From Trichoplax adhaerens (Eukaryota > Animalia > Placozoa): DNA of 64,000 nt. The notes beneath the pieces are model-generated. The model was not told where the DNA came from. It ran no database searches and worked only from the letters and a program-made list of their open reading frames with translations. Both the position numbers and the translations under genes were made by a program. Location of the stretch: the NCBI RefSeq assembly GCF_000150275.1, contig NW_002060968.1:167797-231796 (forward strand), in the 5' to 3' direction. The first letter of the stretch is position 1, and each line of letters starts with the position of its first letter. This document shows positions 38,301-53,300 of this stretch, in pieces.

Positions 38301-41300
38301 GGCTATTATGATAGCATAAATAATAATAAAATTATTTAAAAATAATATATCAATCAACTGGCGTTTTTTCTTGAGTAATTCCTTACCACCGCTGATTTTG
38401 TTAATGGCAAGCATATACCAAAGTTTAATACATTTAGTTGAAGGAAAACAGATGAGGATCTCTCATTATCACCAAGATTTTTAGCTTTCGGTTGTACTTT
38501 CGGACTAATCGTTCGAAACTGTTAAAGATTTAAAGATTAATTTATTTTCTACATAAAATAGAACATTCAAATTAGCTGTAGTTATACTATAATCACCTCG
38601 GAAGCCAACGTGCGTCGTTGTTCCAGCCAATTTTCGTATACATTTTTATAGTTTATGTATAGCATTACGGCTATAAAGGATTTAAGTATTAATACGTATG
38701 CTTAATATAAGCACTTCAATAAGCTTTGAAATAAACCGAATTTTTTAAAGTATTTGCTGAGAAGCAGCATTAAATTGGTATCGAAATAACTATGGTACCT
38801 TTGTTAAAGGCAGCCGATTGTACATAGACCGACGGTCTGATGGCATTTACTAAAAACGTTTCCTTGTTTGCTGACTGTTGTAAAATGCTTTCCTGAAAAA
38901 ATTAAGTAAAGCTGATTAAATGAAACGCAATATACGAAGACGTAATTTTTTAAGAATTGAAGCATTACATGGATTGCGTTTCGAATTTCAACTGAAGTAT
39001 CGAAATACGCAAGTTCGAGCAAATCTTCCGTAGCTTTTAGATCAGTATTTATTGACATGTTATCCACCTATTAAATATAATGGTATCAACTCCGCGGCAT
39101 TTTAAGACTTTAGGAATATAGTAGCATCTTTATTGCATTGTGTCTATTCATACCTTTGACAGCTGGCCTAAAGATAAGCGAATCTTCAATTGTAAAAAGC
39201 CATGCAATTTTCGCCATATTTGCTCTAAATTTAGGGAACATTAAAATTAACCAATTGCGAAGCAATCTAATCTCTTTATTTGGCCAAAGATACCATTCAA
39301 TGCCGATAGTATTACATATATATACATAAGGACAATCACACATTCATACCAATTGTACCATATGTTAATGCGAATGATACTTACTTTTTTTTCTATTTTC
39401 TATAAACAAGAAGTTTGCTATTTCTCCTTCTATTTTTCCAGTATTCAGTCTGACGGCAAAAGCAGTTGCAGTTCTTGCGGTCAAGTTGATCTCCTTTGAA
39501 ATTTGAGAGGAATAATTTATAACGGTTAAAGCTATGCAATGCATACAGTATATGTATAATAAGGTTAATAATAGCAAGAATAATAATAAAAATAATAATA
39601 ATAATATAATAATAATTAATGGGGCTAATTTAACTATAACAAGCATCAAATAATTCATAGTAAGATTTAAATGCTGTAATCTGAAGGGAATCGTTTGCCA
39701 AAAATTTTTAAAAATACGGATATGATCGTAGTTATTAGAGTACCTCCATTTTAAGTTTCACTGAATATAGCAGTAGCTGATTGTCATCCCGTTTATCAGC
39801 TTTCGGGGTAGCTTTTGATGATCCAGTTGATATTAATTGATTATCAGAGTAAACCATACCCAACACTTTATTTATTTCCTAGAGAAGGTATCAATAGGTT
39901 GTTAAATTCGCACATTTTTACATAGTAATTTGATAACTAATATCGTTTCATTTATACTACGGTTGTTTATGCGATTATAGCTATGAGTGTATAAGATGTA
40001 GCAATACATACAATTACCTCTAAAAATGATTTTTGGACAACTAGAAGATACGTCAAGATGTCAAGCATTAATATCTGCTTTACAGTACCAACTCTAACAA
40101 CAATATCAAGTACTTCATTTTTCTTAGCCGGTAAATTAGAATTAATAACTTTCAATCCATATATGTTAATGGTTGGTAATTGAAAAGTAGTTGCAGTTGG
40201 CAAAACCAAATGCGATAAATGAATCGATTGCTCCTAGTATAAAGTTAATATATTTAATTCATTGATAGACTAAAAAGAAGTGGATCAAAAAAAATAGAGG
40301 AAAAATTTGCTAAACTAACTTTCGCCAAAAAGTTAAGACTATGATCCGCAAGTATCATTTTAAACCATTGCTCTTGGCCCCACATTCCTAAACATCTGAT
40401 ATTTTTCATCTACGTATATAAGAGCGTAATATTTAATATGCCAGTTGAAAGAAAACTCGTTAATGTCAAAAACACAGATAAATTTCTACCTTATATTCCC
40501 CGCGTAAAGATGGCAGTAACGCAGCACCGAGCACAACATTGCTAATATTAACCCTAAATTGCCAAGTTTCTATTGGCCATTCACTACTAACTTTGGCATT
40601 TCCTTTTTTAGAATAAGCTGATACAGCACTATGTTCAGTATTTAACTGTTGTGGCGTATCTGTGTGCTTCCTTTGACTTGTAGGTTTGAGGAGTGACCTT
40701 ATATCGTTTGATCTAAAAATATCATGTAAATCATTATTAAAGAAGGCCAAGGATGTCAACATTAGGAAGTAATTATTGATCTTAGTCAAGATCAAACAAG
40801 AAAATTATTGGCTGTAGTATATCAACTAATACGGAATCATTTTATGGTTAATACCTGCTTATTATATCATTCCTATTAGAGGAATAAAATTCTGACATGG
40901 TCTGCGTAATTGTACGAGTACTTCTTTCTACCACATGTTGCAAAGATGCCGGATGTTGTGGAATATCCAGTAACATAGCACCAATAAAAATTATTCCGGA
41001 ATGTTTGTTACGATAGCGAGATTTAGAAACTTTACCAGTATGCGTGATGGACGACAAAAGAAATTTAGAAGCGTTGACATTGCAACAAACAATGATCCTA
41101 TGATGTTCGTGTTCATAAAATTGAAATGAGATAAATCATTTAGTTTAACATGATCGGGTTTCGTAACGTAGACTACCAAAAATGTAAAACATCATAGAAT
41201 TCTTATACTCTTGCTAATTTCGTAACTGATCAGATTTCAAGATATGAAACAAATTTCTATAGATACTATAAACAAAATTGGCGGCGATACTCTCGACTGT

Positions 41301-44300
41301 ATCAATAATTAGACATATTAAGCACAAAACGGTCAAGATATTGATAGACTCTTATTCTAAAGTAAAGTATTATCTTCTATTCGCATATTGTATTGGCTGA
41401 TACCTCTCTTTAGCCTGTTTCTTTTCTAGTTCCAGAAGAAGTATTTCAGTATCTCCCACATTTCCGACAAATGAGGAATGGGTGGAATGCAATAGATCTT
41501 TATGGTAGAAATTTAAATAATTTAGTTTATTTTTAATAAATGGAATGATACGTATGCGATAATAATGGAATAATGTTGTAATATATCTAGAAGACCATAT
41601 TTTATTGTACCATTTCTTGTTTTTGGCTTCTTAACGACACCAATTACGACAGGTTGTTTCATTCGGTAAGTTGCAGAAAAATGACTTCTCGCGATTGTTG
41701 CTTTCAGATGTAATCTTCCAACATTGGCAGTTACACTAATTTCCTGCACTTTAATAACGCAAATCACCGACATTGGATCAACACGTTCGACACCAGCAGC
41801 ATGAAGCTGTCGTAAGTATTGAACAGCTGTAGTTTTTCTACGTTCTGGCATGTCCTCTGCAGCTTCACTAAATAACCGCAATCTTATACCGCGTCTTCGT
41901 ATACTGGCTACATCAGGCGTTTCAGGTACTTTAGTGGATAAACTTGCTGCTCGAAGTCGTTGCTGAAATGTGCCAGCGCCTAATTTAGCCGCTACTTCAG
42001 CATCAGCAGTTCCTTCAGAAACCCCCATAGCGGAATAGCAATCCAATAATTTATACATGGTTAGCCAAACGCGATTTGTGGCTATCCTTCGCAAATTTTC
42101 AACGTTTGTTGACACAATGCTTACACGTTGGTTATTAAGCCTATCTCCCGGCAGCACTGGCGAGCTATCAACAAGATCATCCCATATTTCTTTCCTGTAC
42201 TGTTGTAAAGGCTCAACCATATTTGTTAAATGATGAATAAGACGCAATAAAGATAGATTAAGATCATGTGTTATTCTTTTAGTTTCTAACTTTATTAGCC
42301 AGCGATTCTTTAAGTCCACTTTTTGTTTACCTATAGGATTGCCAGATGTAGACTTGTCAAATTTATTCGCCATACTTGTCTCATATAACGGATTTAAGGA
42401 AACTACCGGATCTTGATGCATAAAAAGGTCTAGAAGAAACTCTTCACAAACAAATACTGACGATACATGATGTGTATGGTCAGTTGGCTCAGTAACGTTG
42501 TCACTATCGTATGATGAAGACGTATTAACATCAAATACTGTATTAGAACTAACAACATAGACACTAAGCAATCTAAGTTCGCCAGATAATGATAAAGTAC
42601 TACGATACGGTTCATCTCTGCAATCGCCTGTATCAATTGCCATACAGCGTAATAGCGAGCGAAATACCACAGTGGCTTCCGTAAGTCGTATTCCAGTTGT
42701 TGGAAAGCTAATTTTTTCATTTATATCTTTCACAGATTGATCATCTTTTGATGCTTCAATATCAGTTTCTTCGTTCGAAAACTTGTCGGCTTCAGTATGG
42801 TGATATTTTCCACTATCTAGAGATCCAAGAGAACTTAAATGTGCTAATTGGCCAGATTTTGATGGAATCCTTGAAATTATATCTTCAGCAGATGATCTTA
42901 AGTCTTCTGAAATACGATGTAAACTAGTAGAAGGTACTGTTTCAAGTGCAGGATTTAAAGGAGTAGCTTTCTCCATCTTTTGTTTTTCCATCGCTAAAGC
43001 GACAAAATTAGCAAATTTATTGGCACCCACAGTAGCCTCGTTTCTGTCATGACTTTCATAATTAGTGGTAGGCCTGCTTGATTCAGCACCATCGTAAAGT
43101 GAAGTAGAACTAACAAAGCTCAATGAAACAGGTGGCATTCCCGAGGAATCAACAGTATCAGTTGCAGGCACTAAACCATATTTTTTACCGGTGGAGTCCA
43201 ATACTTTTTTTCTACACGCTTCTGGGCGTCCAGGTCTCACCAGGATAGCTTTCCATTGGCGTACTAGCGCTAACAATCCACCACGGAGAGTATTTAAGCT
43301 AGGAACATAATCTTCATTTAATGATGTAAGCATACGTTTACTATCAACATCAGGCATGAAATGAATTAGAATATACAATAACTGGCAACATTCATTATCT
43401 TGTAACCAATTTGAGCTTTCAGTTAGCTTTAATCCAGCATACTATAACAAAATCAAAGATAAGATCAATTTATGGCCAGTACAATAAAGTGATATTACAA
43501 TACCTGCATAATTAAACATGAACATACCCTTAGTGGTAAGTATCGTCCAGCTGTTTCTACACATTCTGTCATTAAATAGGCGAATACAGCTCGAATGCGA
43601 CAGTTATAACGTGACAATAATAACCTTATTGAACTTTCTGATATTGATGCTGTACTAATCCAGGCCGATGTAGCTGGAATGACAGTGGTAAGAAGATTAA
43701 ACTGGTGTGACCAATGCAGATTTCGAGGTTGTGTTGGAGATGCAAAATTGAACCAGACATGATTAAGCTGCATTATACCATTTGCTTTGGATGTTAGAAC
43801 GGTTTTAGATGCTTTATCACCGACAGTACCTACATTTTCAGCATCTGACAGATAATCACTGGACGAATAACTATCAAGATTTAAATTGAGCTCTTTATCG
43901 CTAGTACCTATCACCTCACTAACTGACAGACCGAAAATTCGACCACCTTTCGCCGTAAAACCTTCTATACCAAATTCAACCATAATCCATCCATCTCTGT
44001 ACTTGGTTATCTCACTGGTAATTTCTTCGGTATCTATATCAATACCTCGGTTGAAAGAGGGAACAAAATAAACCCTTGAATCATTTTCCGGTATCGCAAT
44101 GATACTTTTAGAGCCGTTGATAATTGCTAAGTCATCTGATGTTCCCACTGGTAAACGACGAAGTTGACAGTGCAAACGGTTAGAGCTAAGCTCTGCAACT
44201 TGTTCCTCTAAAACAATAGAAGGACCGGATAGTGCTTTGGTCTGGTTGTTAACATCTTCATCTGCTTCATTTTTTAAAAAGTCATTATCATTCACGTTGT

Positions 44301-47300
44301 TTACATTAGAATCAACATTACGATTTCGAAGTATATGACTTATTTGTCCTTTCACTCTATCAAAGCTAAGAGCAAGCAGAGATGCACCAGAAGATCGAAG
44401 ACTTTTTGCATGATTTTGATGCAAAGACTCCCTCGCGATAAGTTCTATAATTCAAAATCAAATCCAAAATATCTATGTTTAATACCCTAGGCAATAATAT
44501 CATGAAAATATTAATGACGCCTGTATAAAGTTTATTGAATCTATTGCCTTACGGCAGTTGATTTAAGTTAATGCGAATGTACCTTCAGATAAAGCTATTT
44601 TTTCTGCTAAAAATGCTTGATAAAATGCAATGTCAATTCCTCTTATCGATACAAAGCATTTTAATTGTGTTGCTAATTTATGATCCAAATGTTTCTTTTT
44701 CATTAATGTGTCATTAATACACTTCGAATGTGCTTTATTAAGCACACAACATGGGTGTAAGTTCTGCAACACCGGCACCAACGGTTTTGTATAACTAAGT
44801 CAAAGATTCAGCCGTATTATTTGAAATGTAATCAATCAAGATATAATATACAACATGTTGCGTTAAAGAATTAAGTACAACTTTGATCACTTTCAACGCT
44901 TACCATTCAATGGCTTTCATTACAAATGGTGTGATAAAGATGGAAATAGGTTCAGGAATATCTAGTATGATTGTTGATCTGCTACATTCCGGTTCTAAGT
45001 CAGCTTCTAAGGCGTTTAACATATCGGAACTACTATTATCAGTTATCACCTGCGATTCCTATAGTCAAAGGATAAATTATTATATGTTTGTCAAGTAAAA
45101 TTTGATGATGACGTAGTCCCTTACCTTCGATTCTCGATGAAAGAGTAATGGTATATTAGCTGTACGATCGCCAACAGCTTTGAAGCTATAAGGCTCACCT
45201 AAGCCTAAATCTATGATCTCTTCACCATCAGTATTATCATCTGGCCTGTTACTACAGTTGCAGCTTACAACATAATAATGATAGATAGAAGAAAATGAAT
45301 CTGTTATGTGCCCATCATCTTGTTTTGAATTACTTTTGCTCCGTCGACGAGTTACTCCTTTTCTATCGAAAGATACTGAGTTTACTCCAAATACTACAGT
45401 ATCTTCATTTCCATCAATGTCATCTTCTATTGATTCTTCATGTATTATTTCTGCCTTGATCCTTTCATGTGTTACCGTTACATCTGCAACATCATCATTA
45501 TCATCCATTTGAGCTAGTGATTGTAATGACGAAAACGATGAGGGAGCAGTGCGGAAAGTATCGACAGTAGCAGCTGACAGCGATCTCGCGTGACGGAGAG
45601 TATTTAGACTGTCAGTGTAATCGGCTAAACTTAATGAATCGGAGCCAGAGTCACATGATACGAATGATTCTCCGCGGTTTTTAAGATTAAATTGTTTGGA
45701 AAATGACTGCTCAAAATCAGCAATAATAGATCGCCTATTGGAGAATAAATCTCCCGTATCCGATGTAAAACTAATCTGTTTGTTTAAAGGCCGAAAGGCT
45801 GAACTTTGTGAGTGTTGAGCTTGAGGTTTTTTTCTTTCAAAAGAGACAGAACGATTAACACTTCCATCTGCATTACTGTATCTACTACTTCCTTTTGATC
45901 TATTCAAAGTTTGATACTCATTAGATGCCCTTTTACTGCTACGTAAACTAACTTCGCCACTTTCCGTTTCTGTCTTTGCTGTTACCTCATCACCTGGTGA
46001 GGGTACATTTTTCACTGATGAGCCACTTTCTAAGTCTGCTTTACCGTTATTAGTTGCGGCATCTTCATCTTCATTTACTATCGGATCGATATTAAATCGC
46101 AAAAAGTTACAATTTTTTATATTCTTATCAAAGAACACACAGCCACCTTGACATCCACAGACTTTAATCTTTGTTATGCTGGAATATGACTTGTGCCACA
46201 AAAAATATAATCGCTTTGATTTCCTATCATGTCTTCTTAACCATTTCTCCTGATATGAATTTAGATAACTTTTCGCAATACTTATCGACATGTCAACATT
46301 GATAGGGCCAATGACTACGGTTGCAACTTCTAACCACCATTCATTTTTATCTCGATTTACTGCCTGGGCCACAGCACCATCCATCAATTCAGATCGTAAG
46401 TATTGTTTCAGAGTAATATTTTTAACCACAACACTTCTACCAGTGTTCATATGGGGGCTGTGCAAACTGCACTGGGACAAGCGTAAATGGCTAAGCTATA
46501 ATATAAGAAAGATAATAGCAAATGATTACATCAGCGTAACTATTGCAAAACTCACATGAACTGCAACTGCAAATACTGCTAACGGTAATAGTTTCATACA
46601 AAATCTTAGCGTTCACCATTTACCTGTAGATCACAAATACAGCCAGTTTCTACGAGTTGCACTTGGATTCGATCAATACCTAAGCGTATCATATAATATC
46701 TTAATTCATCTTCTCCAGGGCATTCGAAATCTGACCATTTGCTAGCGTTATCATTTTCGTTGTTATTATTATCTTTATCGCGTTCAACGCAACAAGCACT
46801 TTGTATGCGATCGTGCTGACATAACGATGGAACTGTCGACTGAAGATGATTCTCAGAGTTGCTAAGGAAATGTATGAAAATTTCGAAAAAGCTAACGACC
46901 GATATTGCCTGCAATAGTGAAAGATGCAGATAATAAAGTATTTTAATAAATAATAATCAATATTGTATATATTGTCACTTGAAAATCTTCAGCACACATA
47001 TACCTGAGGTGTAGTTAGTTTACCAGTGATGCTTTCTACCTTAGCCTCTAGCATGAACGCATATTCCGTTGTGGAACTACCTACCGGTCTTCCTTCACCA
47101 GAAAACATGGCATGGACACGCAAATGAAAACCGTTTATACTCAAAAATCCGTGATTCATGTCTTTATAAAGCGAAGGTCGCTAAATTTGTATAGAATCGA
47201 ATTTTTCGTATTAGCATCTCTAAAAATATGCTATTTTTTTAATTTTCAAGAATACAAGCACAAAAATAGTATCAAATTAAATATACCCTAATATTGTTGT

Positions 47301-50300
47301 AATATGTTGTTTACAGAACTACAGACCTGAACATTGTCCGTGACATTAATAATCATTGGCATTGATATTACTTGAATGCGGGTTTCCTTATATTCTTTTG
47401 AAATTTCGACTACAAGTTTACTGATAGTCACTTTAGGAATTTCAGACAAATCTTCACAATACTGCATTAAATTTGATAGCGAACATTATTTGATATTACA
47501 ATTCGTACTTAGCGCATTTATACATATATTGCAACCAATCTAATTGATGATATGATTAGCGACTTTTTTTTAGACAAACAATAAGTAAAAAAACAGAATG
47601 TATGTATTGCATTAGATTAACTTGGTCAGTTGCCAAAAATTGTATGTGGCTTTACCTGAACTAGATCAGCTTCAACATCGTAAATATTTACAGAGCATAA
47701 AACTGTAAAAGGCCGAGAACTGCTTTCAAATGTAAAATTTTCAATATCTTCATCTTCGACATTAAAATATGGATCAAATGGGAAAAATTTCTGATACTGC
47801 CCAAAATAATTTCCCTGTTCAACAGAATAGAAAACAATGATATTTAGCAATGGTAGGTAGACATTGGTAACTGTATTACTACTGTATAGCTATTGTATCT
47901 ACCATTTTATTAATTTTTTTAAGTATTATACTATCTTTTATGCTATCTACCTTAACATTTAACAAAAAGTGAATAAACGAGCCAAATAGTCTGAGCTTTG
48001 ATCCAGTACAATTTTCTGTTCCTGGTTTAATACCACCGATATCAAAAACTATTTTCATGATATTTGGACTTTTATTCATGAAAGATGATAATGGATCAAC
48101 ATTGACATCCGGTTCATTTTCGCTCAATTCGTAGGCTACAAGATTACGAATAGTTAATAACATATCTTTATTAAACACTCGGAATAAATCGCACAAGACG
48201 AGTTACTTACGAAGCCAGTCAGGCTGAATAGGCTCCGGGTGATAAATATAAGAAACGTCAGCAGCCAGTACGGGGATAAACCAGCAATCTATCCAGCCGT
48301 CAGATTTTGTCGCTATTCTACTCCAAATAGATTTACTTTGCATTTCTGTAATAATAAGAAATATTTAAAATAAATAACTTATACAACGGTGAAAATGATA
48401 AGAAATACTTTAAAAGAATGAAATTATCCAACAGTGAAATAATAATAAAACTTATTCGATAATGAAATAATTGTTAAAATTATAGAATACAAACCAAATG
48501 GAAATGCGTCAGAAATGGAGTCACGTGATTTCATAGAATAAAGTTTTTCATAATTATAGGCCAAATTTATAAAGTTACGACGAGATGTGTTACACTCAGG
48601 AATGTAAAGCCTGGCCACAGCATTATCGACCTGTGCGAATTTTATCAAATATAAATATGTGTCAGTATTCATCTGATATCGACAATAATCGATGAATATA
48701 ATAAAATTTACATCTATTGGTATATATATATATATATATACCTGTACTGTAATTCCAATCTGTTGTCTTTCCGGGAGATATTCCGTGAACGGGAGATTCA
48801 TTGATAAATCCATCATTCGACCGCAAATAGCCAGCTCAGCTAGTATTTACGCATAATTTAACCGTATTAGAAGAGTACTACGTATCAATTATAGAACCGC
48901 AATTATTATTATCAATTATTACAGATATGCATAGTTTAGATTTACCGTTTTCTGGAAATTGCGAAAAGCAATCAATCCAGTTATTCATGTTTGCAAGCCA
49001 AATCATTTCAAAGTCTTTTAAGCTTATATTGAGATTCATAGTATATGGTGAAAAGTCGTATAAATCAGGGCATTTCTTTGACGAAAAGTCGCTGATAATA
49101 TCTATCGGCGTGAAAGAAATTGAAGATATAAATAAATTCAAATAAGTACTAAATAGATTATCACCATATAACATAGCATAACATTATGAAAATTATCAAC
49201 CTTGAAAAAATTTCTTATGGGCAAATATAAAATACCAAGTGATCTTATGAAAACCTAAATCGCACGTCCATTGTTGCTCATCATTCCACCATCTTGGAAA
49301 ATGAAAATCGGTACTAAACTGCAAGATACAGAATATTCCAAGAATATTACCATGACATAAGATGGGATAATATTACTACGGTAAATAAGGGTATTCAGCT
49401 ATGGCTTACGTTGAAAATATCGCATTTTAAAAAATTCCTGTATTCCAAGCTAGTATAAACCTCTAAATTAAGAATTGTTCCTTTTGAAATTGTAGAATAG
49501 CCATTATCGGAACAAACTAATGGAATCGAAATAGAAGAACAGGATCCACGCGCAAAACAAAAGTAAACTGCGAATATTTCCTGATAATAAATAAAATAAA
49601 TGATATAAAATTATAATTCAACAATAACGTGCGTTGGGTTTATGAAATACTCACTTCATTCTTTGAGAACAAAACATCCATAGTGGCATCATCTCTGAAG
49701 AATAACCCTATCTCAAATTGTCTAAACGTCCTGTCAAAATGTTTAAAATTTTATCAGACTCTAGCAATTACTACAATAAAAATTGAGCCTATTTTATCTA
49801 ATTAGTTTATAAGATAATTAACCTTATACTGCCTGGCTGATGTTCATTACTAACGGACACCTTTTGGTAATCTTTAGGATAAAAGAAATGTTGCAGCGCA
49901 TCCCTAAAGCAAGTATGAAATATATCCATGTTACAGACATGCAAGATTTGCTCTATTTGCGATTTAGCATATGATTTTTGTATCCTACTTTTGCCTATGA
50001 ACCCACGGCCCATAACGTATAGAGGTATCTTTACCGAATTCGACATCAATACCCCACGCAGGATTACTCCTGTTAGATTCTTCACAACCGTCATATGGGA
50101 CATAACCTAAATATTGCAGATATATTGCTATAAGTAAATCCTTACTGCTGTTAATGAAGTATGAGTCACATGACCACAAAGTTTTATTCTACGATAATTG
50201 GTAGCTAACGACGTACCAGCTTTATCTTGATAATATTTAACCCATATGTCTCGTGTATTGAGAATTTCAAAGCTATTTTCACCCATATTTCGCGGAGGCC

Positions 50301-53300
50301 TGCTCCATCAATAGGCGCGTATAGTTACCGTAATAAAACATACGTAAGGCATCAGTACACAACACTACTTTATTATCAAAATTACTTTAGCTCATGTATA
50401 ATAGTACTACAAAATAAACTGACATCTCTAAATACTCCAAATATTCCGGACTTGGTGAAAACATAACTCTCACAGCTTTTAATTGGCCATTGCAGACATG
50501 AGTATATAAGTCAGAGTTTGATGCAGGCTATAAAAAAATTTGAAATTACAATTTATGGAGATTAAAAGGATAAAATTTTACCTAACTATTATGATCCAGT
50601 GTATAACATATGTTTCTATAATCACTTACCTCCGTTGTAAAATAGACACACGAAGCAGATTCAAATCTAGCATGTAGCGTATAGGGCATTAAATAATTTC
50701 CAAAACTAATTCGTCCCTATCATAATTCCGGTTTGATTTCAAATGTTTATTAATGAAAATTCTTAAATTTAGCTCAAATTGAAGACGCTAAGTAAATAAA
50801 CTTACAGCAGTGATATCGAATTTTATTGCAGGTATTAGATCACGCCAATTAAAGCTCTCTTTGGTACTTTCCAAATTACTACAATAATAGAAATACGTAT
50901 ATACAATATTATCCTACTACACATGCATATATTAACAAAAATTAATGATGTCATTGTATTAATCCTAGTATAGTACTTTAAACACGGTATTAATGCCATA
51001 ATTATATGTGAATTAGTGAAATTTATGTAGTGATTGATTTATGTGAATGAGATTAATTATCAGTACAATTATTTGTTATAGCTTAAGTTACCTTTCAACT
51101 GAACTGTGGTGTGATAGAGTACTTGTTGTAGAGTCTTTATTGCCTGAAAGAGTGATATCACAACATCAGTTTAATACCCTATCTTGTGACATCCTAATCT
51201 TTGTGTATTAGTCGATATTCTTGATTTCATTCTATTTACATTATACTATACAACGAAATACAACCTGCGCCGGTTTCCAGATCATATTGTCTAGTAAACA
51301 ATTTAAACAGTCTATCATATTCGCTGGATCTATTCAGAGATGATTAAAATAATATTGCATAATTAAGTCAATAAAAATTAGAAAAATGGACACTATGTTG
51401 CACTATTTTAGATCAACTACGTGTATTTCTATTTTCTAGCATTGCAGTGCATACAATTCAATCCAAATAGAATTGCATAAGCATAGGTACAGTAGACACA
51501 AAATCAAGTCGCGCAACCACGGTATGAAATTACGTATGATTATTTAATAACTGATAAAATCACTTGTAGATGTTTCTCAATTTGCTAGTTCATCCTCACA
51601 GTACGCGTAAAGGAATAAAACTAGTAGTCAGACTAGGGAAAGAGTTTCAAATTACCTGTTATAGACATGGAACTGAAAACCATTCAATACGACATAAATT
51701 CTCGATTGAGATAAGTCATGTTCTGTTAAAGGATACCAAATGACAAAAATAAGCCCTTGAAAAGCTTCAACTTCATCATAAACTAGTTGCATTAGCCTTA
51801 TTTTACAGTTCAAGGTATAGCTTTATCAGAATCACTTATATAACGATTATATTTGTCATGTTGTATGATATTCATGTTTAGTTGATATTGACATGTCGTT
51901 TTATATTTGCAAAGAAGGATATGAAAAGAACACTTGCCGATAGCACGTATCCCATCAGTAAATTTGTATACTGTAAAACGTCCTAAGACTACTGTACAAG
52001 AAAAAAATTACCATATTTCCTCTCTCTTCTCATTAAGCGAATAAAAGCCCACCATCTAAAAATTATGTATCCATCGACAATTCTAAAACAAGATCGAAAA
52101 GACAAGAATAATATCGATCATTTATGCCATTAAATCTGTAATTTGGGTATACTGTACGTCAACAAGTCAATAGCATTGATAAATCACAACGATTGTTTTT
52201 ACAATAGCATCTTGATCGTGATTAGCACTCTCCTATTTAGCAGATGCATACTACTTTGTGATCATGGTAATGGTGGCTAGTTACTATACTATTACCTAAT
52301 TGAATAGTCCTTGGTAACTAATCGAAAGGCTCGAAACATAATTTTTCCGGAAAGGAATGATACAGAGACAGAACCTGCAATGTAAAAATCAACAACATTT
52401 ACTCAATATCTTGTCAGTATTGAAAATATATCTATCGATTACAATTTCCAATCCTTTATTTTAATAGTTCAAAATTAAAATATTAGTCTAGTCGTAATGA
52501 TTGCAGACGCTAGCAATGTGATGAGTTCGATCGGTACAATAGCTCTGTTCTATCAGTGAGTTGGTTCCATTGCTTGTCTACTGGATATCGATAATCACTA
52601 TCGATATTAAACGTTATTGGATTATAGAATTTCAATTTGCGATGATCCATTTGAACAGTTGAAAATTAAAGCATAGGATGTTATGATATTGCAGATACCA
52701 TCAAAGTCACTGTTGTATTGGTTCAACTTTTTAATCTACTAGATATTGACGATCGGTGTCAATATTAAACGTAGTTGGATTTTAGGCTTTCAATTTATCA
52801 TCATCTATTCGAATAGTTGAAAATTGAAGCGTAGATGTTATGATTGCAGACAGCATCAAAGTCACTGTTACATTGGTCAATTGGTTCACCTGCTTATCTA
52901 ATTGAGAATATCCATTTATAAAGGTTTATGTTAAAGGTTGAAAATTGAAATAGAAGGGGCATGTTACCATTGCGGATGCAATCAACGCCATGAGCTTGAT
53001 ATCCCTACTGTACTTTACATAGACCAATTGATTCAACTGTTTATCTACTAGATATCGATGATCAATATCGAGATTCAATATTATTCGCATTGTGGATATC
53101 AATTTACGATGATCTATTTTAACGCTTGATATAAAAGCATTGATGTTACCATTGCAGATACAAGCAGTGATGAGCTTGATATCCGTACTATTACGTATGT
53201 ATAGACCAATTTGGTTCAACTATTTATCTATCTACTAGACATCGATGATCAGTGTCGAGATTCAATATCGTTCGCATTGAGGATATCAAATTAGGATGAT

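Noticed and set aside
33352-50466. Numerous short plus-strand ORFs within BLTP1
   Set aside because: These are antisense shadows of BLTP1 exons with no independent splice or homology support.
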